Assembly (NCBI GenBank): GCA_040954595.2
Contig: CM082579.2
Coordinates: 12,525,834 to 12,589,833, forward strand
Length of the DNA stretch: 64,000 bases
Reading direction: 5' to 3'
From: Balanoglossus misakiensis
Lineage: Eukaryota; Animalia; Hemichordata
This document shows positions 38,844 to 50,855 of this stretch, piece by piece (within the stretch, counting starts at the first letter, position 1; each line of letters starts with the position of its first letter). The position numbers and the translations under genes were made by a program. The notes beneath the pieces were generated by a model. The model did not search any database, was not told the DNA's origin, and saw only the letters and a list, made by a program, of their open reading frames with translations.

Positions 38844-39973
38844 GGGACCGTTCAGTTTTTACAGCCGGGGGGGGGGGCGGCAAAATCAAGGGGGGGGGGG
38901 GGTCACTTAAATTTTGAAGTCCACAAGGGGGGGGGGTCATCTGGTTTTTTTAAACGTTTAGGGGGGTCACATACTTTTGCCACCGAACTTTTGCTTTTGA
39001 GTCTACAAAATTGCAGTTTCGCACCTTTTATTTTACAAAATTCTCTAATGTGGGAGGGGGAAACACCTTCCCACGCCCACCCCCTTCATTCTCCGCCACA
39101 TTGCATTTTTTGCTGGTTTGTCTTGTGTAGTAGGGCAGAGTGCTTGCCACCCCAACCCCACCGATGATAATATTTAACAAAGTTAATACATAAAGGAGAA
39201 TAATTGTTTAAACCATTTTGCATAACTGATAGTTTCGCGCTGCATCTTCTATATACTAGAATTTTATAAATAATGTCATGACGAAGATGACGCCAAATCT
39301 TCTAACTTTGAGTGGAGTGGCAAAAAGTAAAATTGGTCCTCCCAAACATTGAGATAATTTGCTTTTGAGTTCATTAAAATGCACACCCACCCCCTCCATT
39401 CTTCGCCACATTGCATTTATTCACTGGTTTGTCTACTGTACCAGGGAAGACTTCTTGCCACCACACCCCCAATGCTTACTTTGAGTGGAGTGGCAAAATT
39501 AAAATTTGTCCTCCCTAACATTGAGTTAATTTGCTTTTGAGTTCATTAAATTGCAAGTTTGAGCACCGTATTTTACAAAATTTTCTTATGTGGGAGGGGG
39601 ACACCCCCTCCCATGCCCACCTCCCTCTCCACTTTTCTTGTTTTACAGATTCTACCAACTATTGTATTGACTTGTCATTTTAATTTGTTCATAGATTTCT
39701 TTATTGCAACGATATACTATTATATACTTCAATAATACTTTAAGAAATTTATAATTGAGGTGTGAGGAGCCTCATTCCCTTTATTGCATACAGTGTACAT
39801 AGGATCAGGACGGTGAATGTTATGGCATGGGGGTCATCATATTTTTTGGTCTGTCAAAGGGGGGGGGGTCATAATTTTTTTGTCCTGGGTGAAGGGGGGG
39901 ATGTCGGCCTGATTTTGAGAACCGATGACACAAACTTGCCGCCCCCCCCCTGCCGTAAAAACTGAACGGTCCC
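38844..39973. mobile_element. PIF/Harbinger-type MITE, family A, with internal duplications
   Basis: Same TIR, TTA TSD on both sides. Confidence 0.9.
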
Positions 39974-40252
39974 TTATGAATGATCAGCGATTATAGTTCA
40001 TCATTTGTATATAGCTACAGCTCGACATTGCACTACTCTGCGAAAACCACTTGCACACGATGATGCCAAACAAAGAAAGATATGGGATAATATGTAATTG
40101 TTCACAAGAGAAAGCCAGTCTGTCGTGTTCTGTGCGGTACTCGAACGAAGTCAACAAATAATTTCTCCCATTTTCACTCTCCCCGATCTCTATATGCTCT
40201 AGTCTGGTCACCTGCCCCAATCCCACCGCTGGCTGCGCTAAGCTAAAGGGAA

Positions 40253-43200
40253 AGGGGTCAGGTACGGCCCGATTTCAAACCCAGAAACCTGGGAAGACCA
40301 CGTGATCATATTCAAGATGGATGCCTCCAATGTCCGTACGCCAGTCAAGATTCATCCAGGCAGTTGTTTTTGTTTCGTTCGTTGTAAAGTAGAGAATCGA
40401 ATGATAAACATTCATGGAGGTGAAGGAGAGAACGGAAAATGAGTATCTTACAACAACTTATCAACTTTACAACAGTGGTTGGGTCTAATTTTCATAAAAA
40501 AATCATCATAAATTCCATTTTCTGTTTTTTATATTTTCAAGTGCCTGAATGTGGATTCTTTGAAATAAACATACCAAGATTTGTGAAAAAATGTTGTAAA
40601 AGTGCAAAAAGTGAGATATTTTACGGTTGACCCGAGGTCATTTTTAAATTTAAAAGGTCATTATATATTCAAAAAACTCAAATCCGATGTATTTCAACTT
40701 CTGGTAGTCGGATTTCTAAATTAAAGGACGAATATGCAGCCCTTGAAGCAGGGAATAACGTCAGTCTCAATATTCGAACGATATAAAACGTGTTATTTTA
40801 TTGGTCTATCAGACACAGCTTCTACTAGGCAAGCTTGCAATTGAACCAATCACAGCGTGTCTTTTGTAAGTAGTCTGGCGCGACAATGTTATGCTGCACA
40901 ATAACGTGCGAACGAACTGTCCAATTTCAACGCCGTCGCGGCCGCCATTGTTACGCAAATAAAATCGTTGAATTCATTCATCCAAGCATGAATACCGGTA
41001 AAAGAAAACAACGATCGCTTAAAAGAAGGAAACGACGGTATCATGGAAATCAATATTCATGTCAGGATTCAACATCGTCAGACGTTTGTGTAGACGAGGA
41101 ACGTGGGTGTGATTCGGGAGGTAGCAACGCCAACGCCGGTCTCTCGGTTCGGTCAGCTAGCGTAAACAAGTTAGGAGAGCGAGAGAGGTTCCATCGATAG
41201 ATGTGTCTGATGGTGGAAATCATGATCGCTTGGAAGGTTTCCGGTAAGTTCAAACTTAGTAAATGAAAAATAAAGTTCCAGAGATCACTATGTATGTCAC
41301 GGCACGTCGTTTTTAGTTTTTACAGTTTTCATGTAATTTGTAAACATATGTTGTTTGCCCTTGAATTCTTTTTCTTTCTGCGTATTTTTTTATGAAATCA
41401 ATATAATATGTATTGCAGTCGAAGTTGAGTACATTTTTCTTTCCGTGTCATTTCGTTCTGAAAATGAATACATTCAAAAACTTTTCACGATATCACAGCT
41501 TTGTTATATGTTATGATTACTCAAAACAAACTTTTACTGAGTATAAAACCAAGTCTGTTGATATTTACTTTCAATACGGTTTGTGAATTTCACACAGTAA
41601 TATGAGTACTGCATGTATAAAATACATATTTGGTATAAATATAAAGTATTAAATATATCAATAAATAATTAGTATAAATAGTTAGTATATACATAGTATA
41701 AATATATCAATAAATAATTAGTATAAATACATATTTAAAAAGCATGATTATTTCCTGTGAAATTTTGATTTATAGGGAATTTTAAATTTTACATTTCAAA
41801 GATTTGGTATTGGGTTGGTGCCCCAACTGTTGAACACAACTTCCCCTTTTCATATTTACAACTTTTTGTGAGAATTTCTATTTTTTTTTTTTACTATTGG
41901 TTCTAGACTTATTGACATTGGTATATTGGAAACGGTCATCAGGAGTGAAAGTTTTACAGTTTGGTGCAGCCCATGCAGTGTCCTACTTCAATGATGGTGG
42001 TGTCTGTAATCTTCAAATATTGCAGAAATTGGGTATCACTAATGGTACACACTGTCGTCTGGCTTTTGAGAAGCGTGATGACCGAAGAGTTGCTGAAAGT
42101 GTGCGGCAGCACCAACAACGCCAAGCCAGAATTGATAGAAGGCAGCAAAGGAGAGTCCAGGAAGAAGAAGATAGAGAGAGGGAGGGTGAAGTGTATGCCG
42201 CGGGTGCCTTTTGATTTCGATTTTCCCATACCCCAGATACTGATGTAATCTTTCCCAATATACAGTTGCAGTTCGAAAAACAGTATAATTTCCAGTGGAG
42301 TACATAGATGGACAACCACTACAAATGACTTGTCCCAAACTGAATGGAGGTCCATCTTGAACATCACCTGAGTGACCCTTTGACCTAAAGCATATAATTC
42401 GGAGAATACATGTACGTGTACTCTCAACTTGGTCTTTTTGAAGTCTTATTCGAGAAATTTGCAGCTGAATCAATATTTAAAGTATAACCCTTTCAAGCCT
42501 GACAACCTATCACATATATTGATACTATTTAGCTATGATCCCAGAAGGCCAAAGAAGAACTTCAACATTACATTTAGGCTTATCTCTATGTCAGACTCAA
42601 TTTCACTGCATATGGATTTAGACACAAACAAATAGGGCCCCTGGCGGAAATCTCTGCAAACCTCTGTCATTGTCTTGGTATCCTGGCTTGGTCAGCTCTA
42701 CCTGTTACAGACATGTAAGTTCATTGCAGAGATTTCAGCCAGGGGCAAATGAACTGACATACACCAAGGCATAAATAGACCCGATTTTTGTTGGTCTGCC
42801 TGTACCTGTTAGTCTGTCATTCAATCTACAAGAAATAGTCTGACACATCGATAAACCTTCATACAATGTTGAAGATTTGCATGACTTTCTGAGAGCATAA
42901 TAATATAGCTAAAATTTACCAATCTTACAGAAGTCCAAGCGAAATTCAGGCCTGAAAGGGTTAAGTTCAGGTTTTTCTACAAAACTTAAATGCTGGTATT
43001 CATGGACGGAGTAAAGGATGCAGAAATGCGCGTCATGTAAAACCCTGTACTCATTCAATTCAATAAGCAATATATTATACAAAGTAATGACTTTGTTTAA
43101 ATTTTATTGAGCATACATACAGAAACAATCATGGTATTTAAATAACATCACAATTTAGGACACGTTTTATGGCAGAGATAGGGTCACAGTGTTGAACCAT

Positions 43201-43984
43201 GGCGCATAATTACGTTCCATCTTACTCCTCTTATATAATATAATTGAAAGAAATCTTCATATTCTTAATAGTGTGCCATCAGGCAGAAATATTTGAGTAA
43301 AAATGGCTAAAGTTGACTGCAGAAATATGTCAAAGTGTACTTTTCCACTCAGACTTCAGTAACTGTAAGTTTTCTTCTTTGATAAATAATTTATGCAAAT
43401 TTATTCAATGTCACTATTTTAAATTGAATTTCTGAACAATTGTGATTTTGTCATATAGGGTATCACTGTGGCATTCCTAACTTTTCAAGAGAAGGTTCTA
43501 AAGTTATGAAAATTAACATGCTTGTACAAAACATTGTAGGGTATGATATGAACCACACATTTTCATTTCAAATGTGGTTTCTACACACAAAAAACGGGAA
43601 AAATCCCAAAAATTTAACAATTTTTCCACATTTCAAGAGAAGTGCATTTTTAAGAATGTTGTGTTATAGTACTCCATAATATTGTTGGTTTATATCACTC
43701 TACAATAAAATAGGTTTCTTTGAAAAAAAATTATGATTCTATGTTGCTCCGTTCGTAAGATATAACCGTCAGAAATTTTGGTGTAAATCCGCAGATAATA
43801 TGTTGCCATGGCAACGGACACACCCATCTGTCCCCTGAATCATTTTCACCAAGTATCCTCTTTAATAATTAGTAGGAGTCTTTAAAAATGTGGGCCTAAT
43901 AATTGTAGTTCCAGGATAGACCCAACCACTGCCGTATTTATTGATCAATGAGAGCCATTTTTACAATAGGCCGTGCGTGACCCT
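40253..43984 (+). mobile_element. Internally deleted Kolobok-type DNA transposon
   Basis: TIR AGGGGTCAGGTACGGCC / GGCCGTGCGTGACCCT. Transposase N-terminus (RRKRRYHGNQY, 40988-41200) and C-terminus (AVSYFNDG..LQKLGI..DDRRV..EGEVYAAGAF*, 41900-42214) remain; the DDE core is missing. Confidence 0.7.
42488..42960. mobile_element. piggyBac-type MITE
   Basis: CCCTTTCAAGCCTGA ... TCAGGCCTGAAAGGG, flanked by ATAA and TTAA. Confidence 0.75.
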
Positions 43985-44054
43985 TTCTATTTAGCGTAGC
44001 GCAGCCATCGATGGAATTGGGGCAGGGGACCAGACTATAATATATGCTCATTAA

Positions 44055-44844
44055 GATGGGTCCCTGGGATCCTTTTGCTCGTTGCTATGGGCCTTTATAG
44101 GACACTACACTCAATTTTGATCGAAACCGTTATGAACGTCCGACAAGGGGCTTGTAACTAGTTAAAAATACGCACGATTGTGTGCCCCTGTCCGAGTATG
44201 GTTACGGCAGCTACCGCCCGGCCATAGGCCGCCACGCTAATACGGCAAAGCAGCGGTCAGCGATAGCGTGCGCGTCCTGTAACCACAGTAACTGGATCGA
44301 ACGCTAAAAATCCAATGTTTTGTACACAGAGATTTTGTACCGTTCACGAAAATCCCTAAGGCTTTTTTCATAGGCGACGTAGGCCAGCCAAATTTGACCT
44401 GCTTGTTGAGAACGCACTTCCGCATAGTGTGACGGATCGTTTTTTCGGTATTCGTCGTGCTAAGAAGCGATACCAGTGGAAGAGTGCGTCCAAAAACACC
44501 CAAAATCGATGACTTTTTCAGGTATGGTACGGGTATGCTGAAATCGTAGGATACAACGATAATATCCGAAAACAAAATCCGTCACGATCTTCCCTGGTTC
44601 AAGCAACTAATGAATACATATCAAGGTCGTTTTTGAGGTCACGGAATAAAAAGCCTTAGGCTTTTGAAATTTGACCTAACTAATTTGCATATCAATGGCG
44701 TCAGGGGGCGCGCGCTCACAATCGTGCAGATTTTCAACTAGTTACCAGCCCCTTGTTAGACTCTGAAAACGGCTTAGTCCAAATCGGGGTGTAATGTCCT
44801 ATAAAGGCCCATAGCAACGGGCAAAAAGATCCCAGGGACCCATC
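44055..44844. mobile_element. TTAA-specific MITE (Kolobok-type), copy 2
   Basis: TTAA TSD and GATGGGTCCCTGGGAT TIR; highly similar to 16200-16994. Confidence 0.9.
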
Positions 44845-44937
44845 TTAATATTATTAATTTTAATGATGAAAGCGCCCTCGAGGTCAGACAAGTTTTTGAC
44901 CAATCGGAAAGCAGCTATTACGCTCGTAGTGTACAAG

Positions 44938-45503
44938 TGTAGAGGTTTAAGGAGGCCCATTTTACGTTTCTAAATGCCTTTGCGGTTTTTGTAATTACTC
45001 AGCCGGCGTGGCACACGCGCCAAAACCGATTAGCCTGTTACTACGCACGTTCAGTTTTCATTCAATGTTTGCCCTTGGTTGTTTAGCAACGACGACTTCG
45101 AGCGACAGCTGTCAATCATTTATTTAGCTACTTTTCTTGGCGTGAAGCCGACATGATATGTAAATTTTTGGTGTTTTCTCCGACGTCCGATATGCAAATT
45201 AGCTTTTCTAATTTTGAATCCGACCCGAGGGTATATAAGTAGCGATTCCTTTTAAAAACGGGGTCGCTGAAGGGGTTTTATTACCGAGGCCACACCAGCA
45301 ACATTTAAAAAGGTACAGCTCTTCATTTTACGCAGAATTGTTGATCATTTTTCGTGTTCACAGTTAATAAATACGCCACGTTGGCTTCTACACTTTATTA
45401 TTTTGTCCTTGTGCACTCTATCACTCGGGTGTAAGGTCGTTACCCTTACTGATCACCCGACCAGTCTCAACGTAATAATAACAACGAAGGAAAAATCTCG
45501 ACA
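44938..45503 (+). repeat. 5' LTR
   Basis: TGTAGAGG...CTCGACA. Contains ATGCAAAT (45192), TATATAA (45232) and AATAAA (45366). Confidence 0.97.
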
Positions 45504-45505
45504 AT

Positions 45506-45523
45506 TGGTGGCAGCGGTGGGAT
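45506..45523 (+). promoter_or_regulatory. Primer binding site complementary to the tRNA-Leu 3' end
   Basis: TGGTGGCAGCGGTGGGAT is the reverse complement of ATCCCACCGCTGCCA+CCA, the 3' end of metazoan tRNA-Leu(AAG/TAG). It sits 2 nt after the LTR. Confidence 0.9.
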
Positions 45524-45847
45524 TTTACGTCAGAGACTGTAGTACGAGAGCACAAGTTGAGCGACCAACGAAATAAAACTGAAATCGAGAACTTAACTCC
45601 CCTTCGAAAATAATGTCAGCCCCCGACGACAGCACATCGGCTATCGACAGAACAAGTAGTTTAGATGACACCGATAAGGTAATAATGTTTAAGGCATCGA
45701 ACAAATCACCTGATACGTCCGACTCCGAAGAGAGCACTTGTGGTCCCACGAGTGGAGGTCCTGCCAAAGTACACAGCCCCTTTGCCGAAGTTTTGTCGAA
45801 AACTGTCGGGAGGGTGCGGTCCACGTTATTCGGATCAGCGGCACCTA

Positions 45848-47063
45848 CACTCTAAAGTGAAGTGTTCAGCGATTGAACACATATTAGAACACAGAATTGT
45901 AACACTTTTTGAACGCAGTACAAGTGTTCAGTACGAAAACTAGAACGCATGTGTTCAGATATTGAACACATAGTGTCTTCAGTTTTGAACGCATTACATA
46001 TGTTCTAAACTTTCATGAAATAGAACACTAGTTACGCGTCAAGCCAATGTAACACTTTTTGAACACAACCTAAGTGTTCAAATCAAGCTAATAGAATGCA
46101 TGTGTTCTATAAACCAGACAACATTAGACATTACAAAATTGGACACATACACACATTTACATGAATGAATGTTAACATTTTAATCAACTTAATGACAAAT
46201 ACAATTTTCTTGAGGACAAATGAAATTGAAAGCTACAGAAAAAATGATCGTTTCTATGAGAAAAAGTACAATTGCATCTTGAAGGATGAAACGTACCACT
46301 CGTGGACTTCCGCGGTGCCAATATTCAATGAAATTCTGCCACGACAATACTTACGGCAGCAGTCCACAGGCGTGAGGCCAGTTTGATGTCAAAAGTGGAA
46401 CAAAACGCTACAAATGCGACAGTCTAGTGATCTGGAAACCGCAGCACCGAAATATCGTCAGACAGAAAAGGCGCCCAACTTGCATCTGATGTGCGCATGC
46501 CCGCAATCTGGATTACCCATAAACCCTTTGGAAATGGGCAACGCTAGTGTTCTGTTTTGTGTCATGTTAGAACACTAGCATTCACAAATTGAACGCCACT
46601 GTTCGATAAGTGTTTTAGCCTGACTTTTTATGTTAAAGTAAAAAGATCAAAGACATTTACGGCATTTTTCTCTGAAGCAATGTGCATGAAAACATTCGGA
46701 AAGCCCAAAACATACATTCGATTGCATTATTGTGTTCACTCATACACATACGTATATTATATGGGTCAAACAAAATGTGTTTTTCTGTGTGGTTGGTTTA
46801 AGAAGGGGACTGTTGGAGATAAAAACATGTTAAAAGAAATATTGACATGTTTGACATACAAATTAATGTTGTCTGAATAAAAACAGACGTAAAATTGGTG
46901 GTAGAATGGTAGCGGTAAACGGTTGAACACATCAATGATATTTCTGAACACATGAGTTCAATAACTGAACACATGTAACGCGTCGAATGCGTTCAGACTG
47001 AACGTCCAATGCGTTCAGTCTGAACGCATTGGACGCGTCCCAAGCGTCAAAAACTTTAGAGTG
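45848..47063. mobile_element. Non-autonomous EnSpm/CACTA(CMC)-like DNA transposon inserted in gag
   Basis: TA + CACTCTAAAGT ... ACTTTAGAGTG + TA, with many GAACAC/GTGTTC subterminal repeats. Confidence 0.8.
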
Positions 47064-48158
47064 TAAACAAAACAGCCCCGTCACGCACTCGCCTGGCCCA
47101 CAACTTTCCACCCCAGGACCCTCTGGCGACCAACTCAGCCAATTCGTCCCCCAATCTCCGTTGTCTAATACCGACGAATCGACGTCATCCCCGAAGATAT
47201 ATGAACAACAAGGGGGGCGACCAAAACACCGTTCTCCAGTCGTGCCACCGCAGCGGGAGTCGACGATCGAACGAAACGCCGTGCGGTTCGACCTGCGCAC
47301 GTCTACACCCAACTTCGAATCTCCCCCAGGAAGACCGACCGTAGCCCCTGTGTCGTATGACCACGACACTAGTACTCGAAGACGGGAGGAATCAGCTTTG
47401 TCTCCGTCTGAACAGCACCGTAATATACGCGAAAACGACGATCAGCGCTCCAGCACGATCGACCGAGATTACCCCGACCACTTCTCTGCCGACGCTGTAC
47501 CCTATCCGTATCACCGCCTAAACGACGAAATGAATGTGAATGGCACACCTCATCCTCAAGGACCGTATGGGATACGCCCCCCTCACCGCCCACTGGTTAT
47601 GCCCGACCGATTTGACGGAATAATATCATGGGAAGATTACAAATCCCATTTCCAATATTGTTCCTTGCTTAATGGCTGGAATGAAGCACAAAAAGGTCAG
47701 TTGCTAGCAGCCTTACTGAATGGCCCCGCCCAGAAAGTGTTAAAGCGATTAGAGAATAATGGTAAGGTGACGTATGCCCGTCTAATTCGACAATTGGACA
47801 ACCAGTACAGCACCGTCGGCCAAGCTGAAAAGTTTCTGTTTCAGCTACAAAGTCGACGTCGCCGTCGCGACGAATCCCTCGCAGAATTCGGAAACTCCAT
47901 CCTAGAGCTCACCGAATGCGCCTATCCTGAGCTCGATTCTACCGCCGTAGACAGATTAGCGAGGCAGTACTTCGAGACAGCCCTTACCGACCCGATGTTG
48001 CGCATGGATCTGCACCGTTCCCAACCGAAGTCGATGAACGACGCGATCCGAACGGCCATCTCCCTGGAGGCCTATTTTCTAGCTGAGGACGACCGAGCAA
48101 ATCGCCGCCGCCCCTTGTCTCGACGCATCCAACAGACTGATCATAACATCGACGAAGC

Positions 48159-50663
48159 GGGTGAGACTAAAACGAAGGAAACCGAAGGAAACCGAAGGAA
48201 ACTGAAGGACACTGTTTTTTCCATATTTTAGTGCGAATGAAATGGTTTTCTCTATGCTGGGGGCCGAAGGACTGGTTTAGCTTCGAATTAAACGCCGAAG
48301 GAAAGCGAATGACGCTGATTTATCCATATTTAAGTGCGAAGGAAAAGGTTTTCTCTATGCTGGTGGCCGAAGGACAGGTTTAGTTCGGTAATTAATTATG
48401 CTGGTGGCCGAAGGACAGGTTTAGTTCGGTAATTAAAGCCGAAGGACGGGTGTAGCTCCGTAATTTTGGCCGAAGGAAAGCGAAGGACACTGATTTTTCC
48501 ATATTTTAGTGCGAAGGACACGGTTTTCTCTATGCTGGAGGCCGAAGGACTGGTTTAGCTTCGTATAAAAGGCCGAAGGACAGGTTTAGCTTCGTATAAA
48601 AGGCCGAAGGAAAGCGAAGGACACTGATTTATCCATATTTTAGGGCGAAGGACACGGTTTTCTGTATGCTGGGGGCCGAAGGACAGGTTTAGCTTCGTAT
48701 AAAAGGCCGAAGGAAAGCGAAGGACACTGATTTATCCATATTTTAGGGCGAAGGACACGGTTTTCTGTATGCTGGGGGCCGAAGGACAGGTTTAGCTTCG
48801 TATAAAAGGCCGAAGGAAAGCGAAGGACACTGATTTATCCATAATTTAGGGCGAAGGAAAAGGAAGGACAGTCATATTTCCATATTTTAGGGCGTAGGAC
48901 ACGATTCTCTCACGATTATCAGAGACTTGGCGTCAGCTAGTACACGTCTGACCAGAGTTACTGATATCAATGTCGAGATCTTAAGTAGAGTGTCATATTT
49001 ACACGAAACAAATCTAAACAAACATACCTCATGGAAATGCTATCACTAATTCTACATAACAATACTTTTGAATTAAACAACAAATTCTACAAGCAAATAT
49101 GCAGTTGTACCGTGGGCTCAAATGCTCCACCGGGAATAGCCGACATTACGTTCCATGAACTGGAAATGAAAAACAACTGACAAAAAACGATCTCAACGCA
49201 AGATCACACTATTGATATCCTAGTTTCGAGATACAGAGAGATGGATACTGATGTCCTTCTCCCAAAAATATGGAGAAATCACTGTCCTTCGCTTTCCTGA
49301 GTTAGGTGCGGAATTGTGTCTTATTGAAGGGGCATTTCTAAACTACATGTATTAAGGAAGCTAATTTAGCTAATAATGATAAACACGGCTTTTTTAAGAT
49401 AATTATCACTTTCTAAATATCGTTCTAAACTTCCTAAACTAGCAGCAGTTTAGAAAGTAGGACTGCTTTGGCGTTTACAAATGTACGGCGTACACTTTGG
49501 AAGTAGGCTCGGAATGAAGAGAGAGACGGGATGGCCAGTACTTCGGTGGGGAGTCAAATGTGATATTTGTTTTATTTTAACAGTATATAGCCGAAGTTCT
49601 AACTCTGACATTTTACAACACCTCATAATGGTAGAACAATGGTGTTAAGACATTGATTAACCTGAGACTTCAGTCGTTGCACAGAACAATGGTGTCATAC
49701 AAACGAAGCCCATATCTCAATAAACTGAGAGGAGTTTTGAGATAAGGCTTGATTTGGGCAATAAACGATTCCCAACATTCTCCCGTCCGCAAATATTGAA
49801 ATTAAAATGCACCAATTGAAATCATACATGAAAATTCCGCAAATATTGGAATGGAAATACAGCACTTATATCGTCGGCAGAAAATTTTAGTCGGGGGGGG
49901 GGGGGGGCTTTCTAAACTTCGGCTAATTTAGAAAGTTTAGAACGATAGTTAGAAGACGATAATTATCGTAAATATCTGATATATCGTCGGCAGAAAATTT
50001 TAGTCGGGGGGGGGAGCTTTCTAAACTGTGGCTAATTTATAAATTTAGAACGATATTTAGAAAGCGATAATTATCGTAGTGATAATTATCCTTAAAACTT
50101 AGATAGTTTAGAACTATTTAGCTACAGCTAATTTAGCTTTCTAAACTTGTAGCTAAACTTTCTAAAAACGATAAAACAAAATTCCGCACCTTACTGGCTT
50201 TCCTTCGCCCTAAAATATGGAGATATGAGCGTCCTTCGCTTTCCTTCGGCCTAAATAACGTAGCTACACCTGTCCTTCGGCTTTAATTACTGAGCTAAAC
50301 CTGTCCTTCGGCCTCCAGCATACAGAAAACCGTGTCCTTCGCTCTAAAATATGGATAAATCAGTGTCCTTCGCTTTCCTTCGGTCTAAATTACGGAGCTA
50401 CACACGTCCTTAAGCTTTAATTACCGAACTAAACCAGTCCTTCGGCCACCAGCATAGAGAAAACCGTGTCCTTCGCGCTAAAATATGGATAAATCAGCGT
50501 CCTTCGCTTTCCTTCGGCGTTTAATTCGAAGCTAAACCAGTCCTTCGGCCACCAGCATAGAGAAAACCTTTTCCTTCGCACTAAAATATGGAAAAAACAG
50601 TGTCCTTCGGTTTCCTTCAGTTTCCTTCGGTTTCCTTCGGTTTCCTTCGTTTTAGGTTATGCT
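48159..50663. mobile_element. Non-autonomous DNA transposon with 8-bp TSD and long CGAAGGA subterminal arrays (superfamily unresolved)
   Basis: TSD GACGAAGC (48151-48158 and 50664-50671); ends GGGTGAGACTAAAACGAAGG / CCTTCGTTTTAGGTTATGCT; inverted arrays several hundred bp long. Confidence 0.85.
49299..50196. mobile_element. hAT/P-like non-autonomous element nested in the previous one
   Basis: 8-bp TSD GCTTTCCT; TIR (C/G)AGT(A/T)AGGTGCGGAATT; TTTCTAAAC/GATAATTATC subterminal motifs. Confidence 0.75.
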
Positions 50664-50848
50664 GACGAAGCTACACCCTACAACGGCTCAGTCCTGCGTG
50701 TCCGGAACGAACGGACTTCATCGGACCGACCTCCTGACCGTCGCGATTCTTGGAGCGACGAAACACAGAGAAGGTATCAGCGGGGCGAATGTTTTCTCTG
50801 CGGAGAAAAGGGACATTTGCGCCGATCTTGCCCCCATCGTCAGGACGG

Positions 50849-50855
50849 GGGAAAC
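50849..50855 (+). promoter_or_regulatory. -1 ribosomal frameshift slippery heptamer G GGA AAC at the gag-pol junction
   Basis: X XXY YYZ heptamer in the gag frame just after the zinc knuckle. Pol is open in the -1 frame, and gag stops at 50925-50927. Confidence 0.75.

Larger units (their letters stand above)
40200..44037. mobile_element. TAG-ended inverted-repeat element (AcademH-type arms) enclosing a Kolobok-type relic
   Basis: ~53-bp arms TAGTCTGGTCACCTGCCCCAAT... / ...ATTGGGGCAGGGGACCAGACTA. The 9-mer TATATGCTC is on both flanks (right copy offset by TAA). Confidence 0.7.

Noticed and set aside
40219-40232. AATCCCACCGCTG matching the tRNA-Leu 3' end and the Gypsy PBS
   Set aside because: No cloverleaf or A/B boxes, and the opposite TIR arm differs at these positions, so the match is probably chance.
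48170-48900. Repeat-spacer appearance of the CGAAGGA array
   Set aside because: The intervening sequences are themselves repeated and are mirrored at 50200-50655, so this is a subterminal transposon array.
49305-50190. Harbinger element with TTA TSD
   Set aside because: Extending 6 bp each side gives CAG-type TIRs and a perfect 8-bp TSD (GCTTTCCT), a better explanation.
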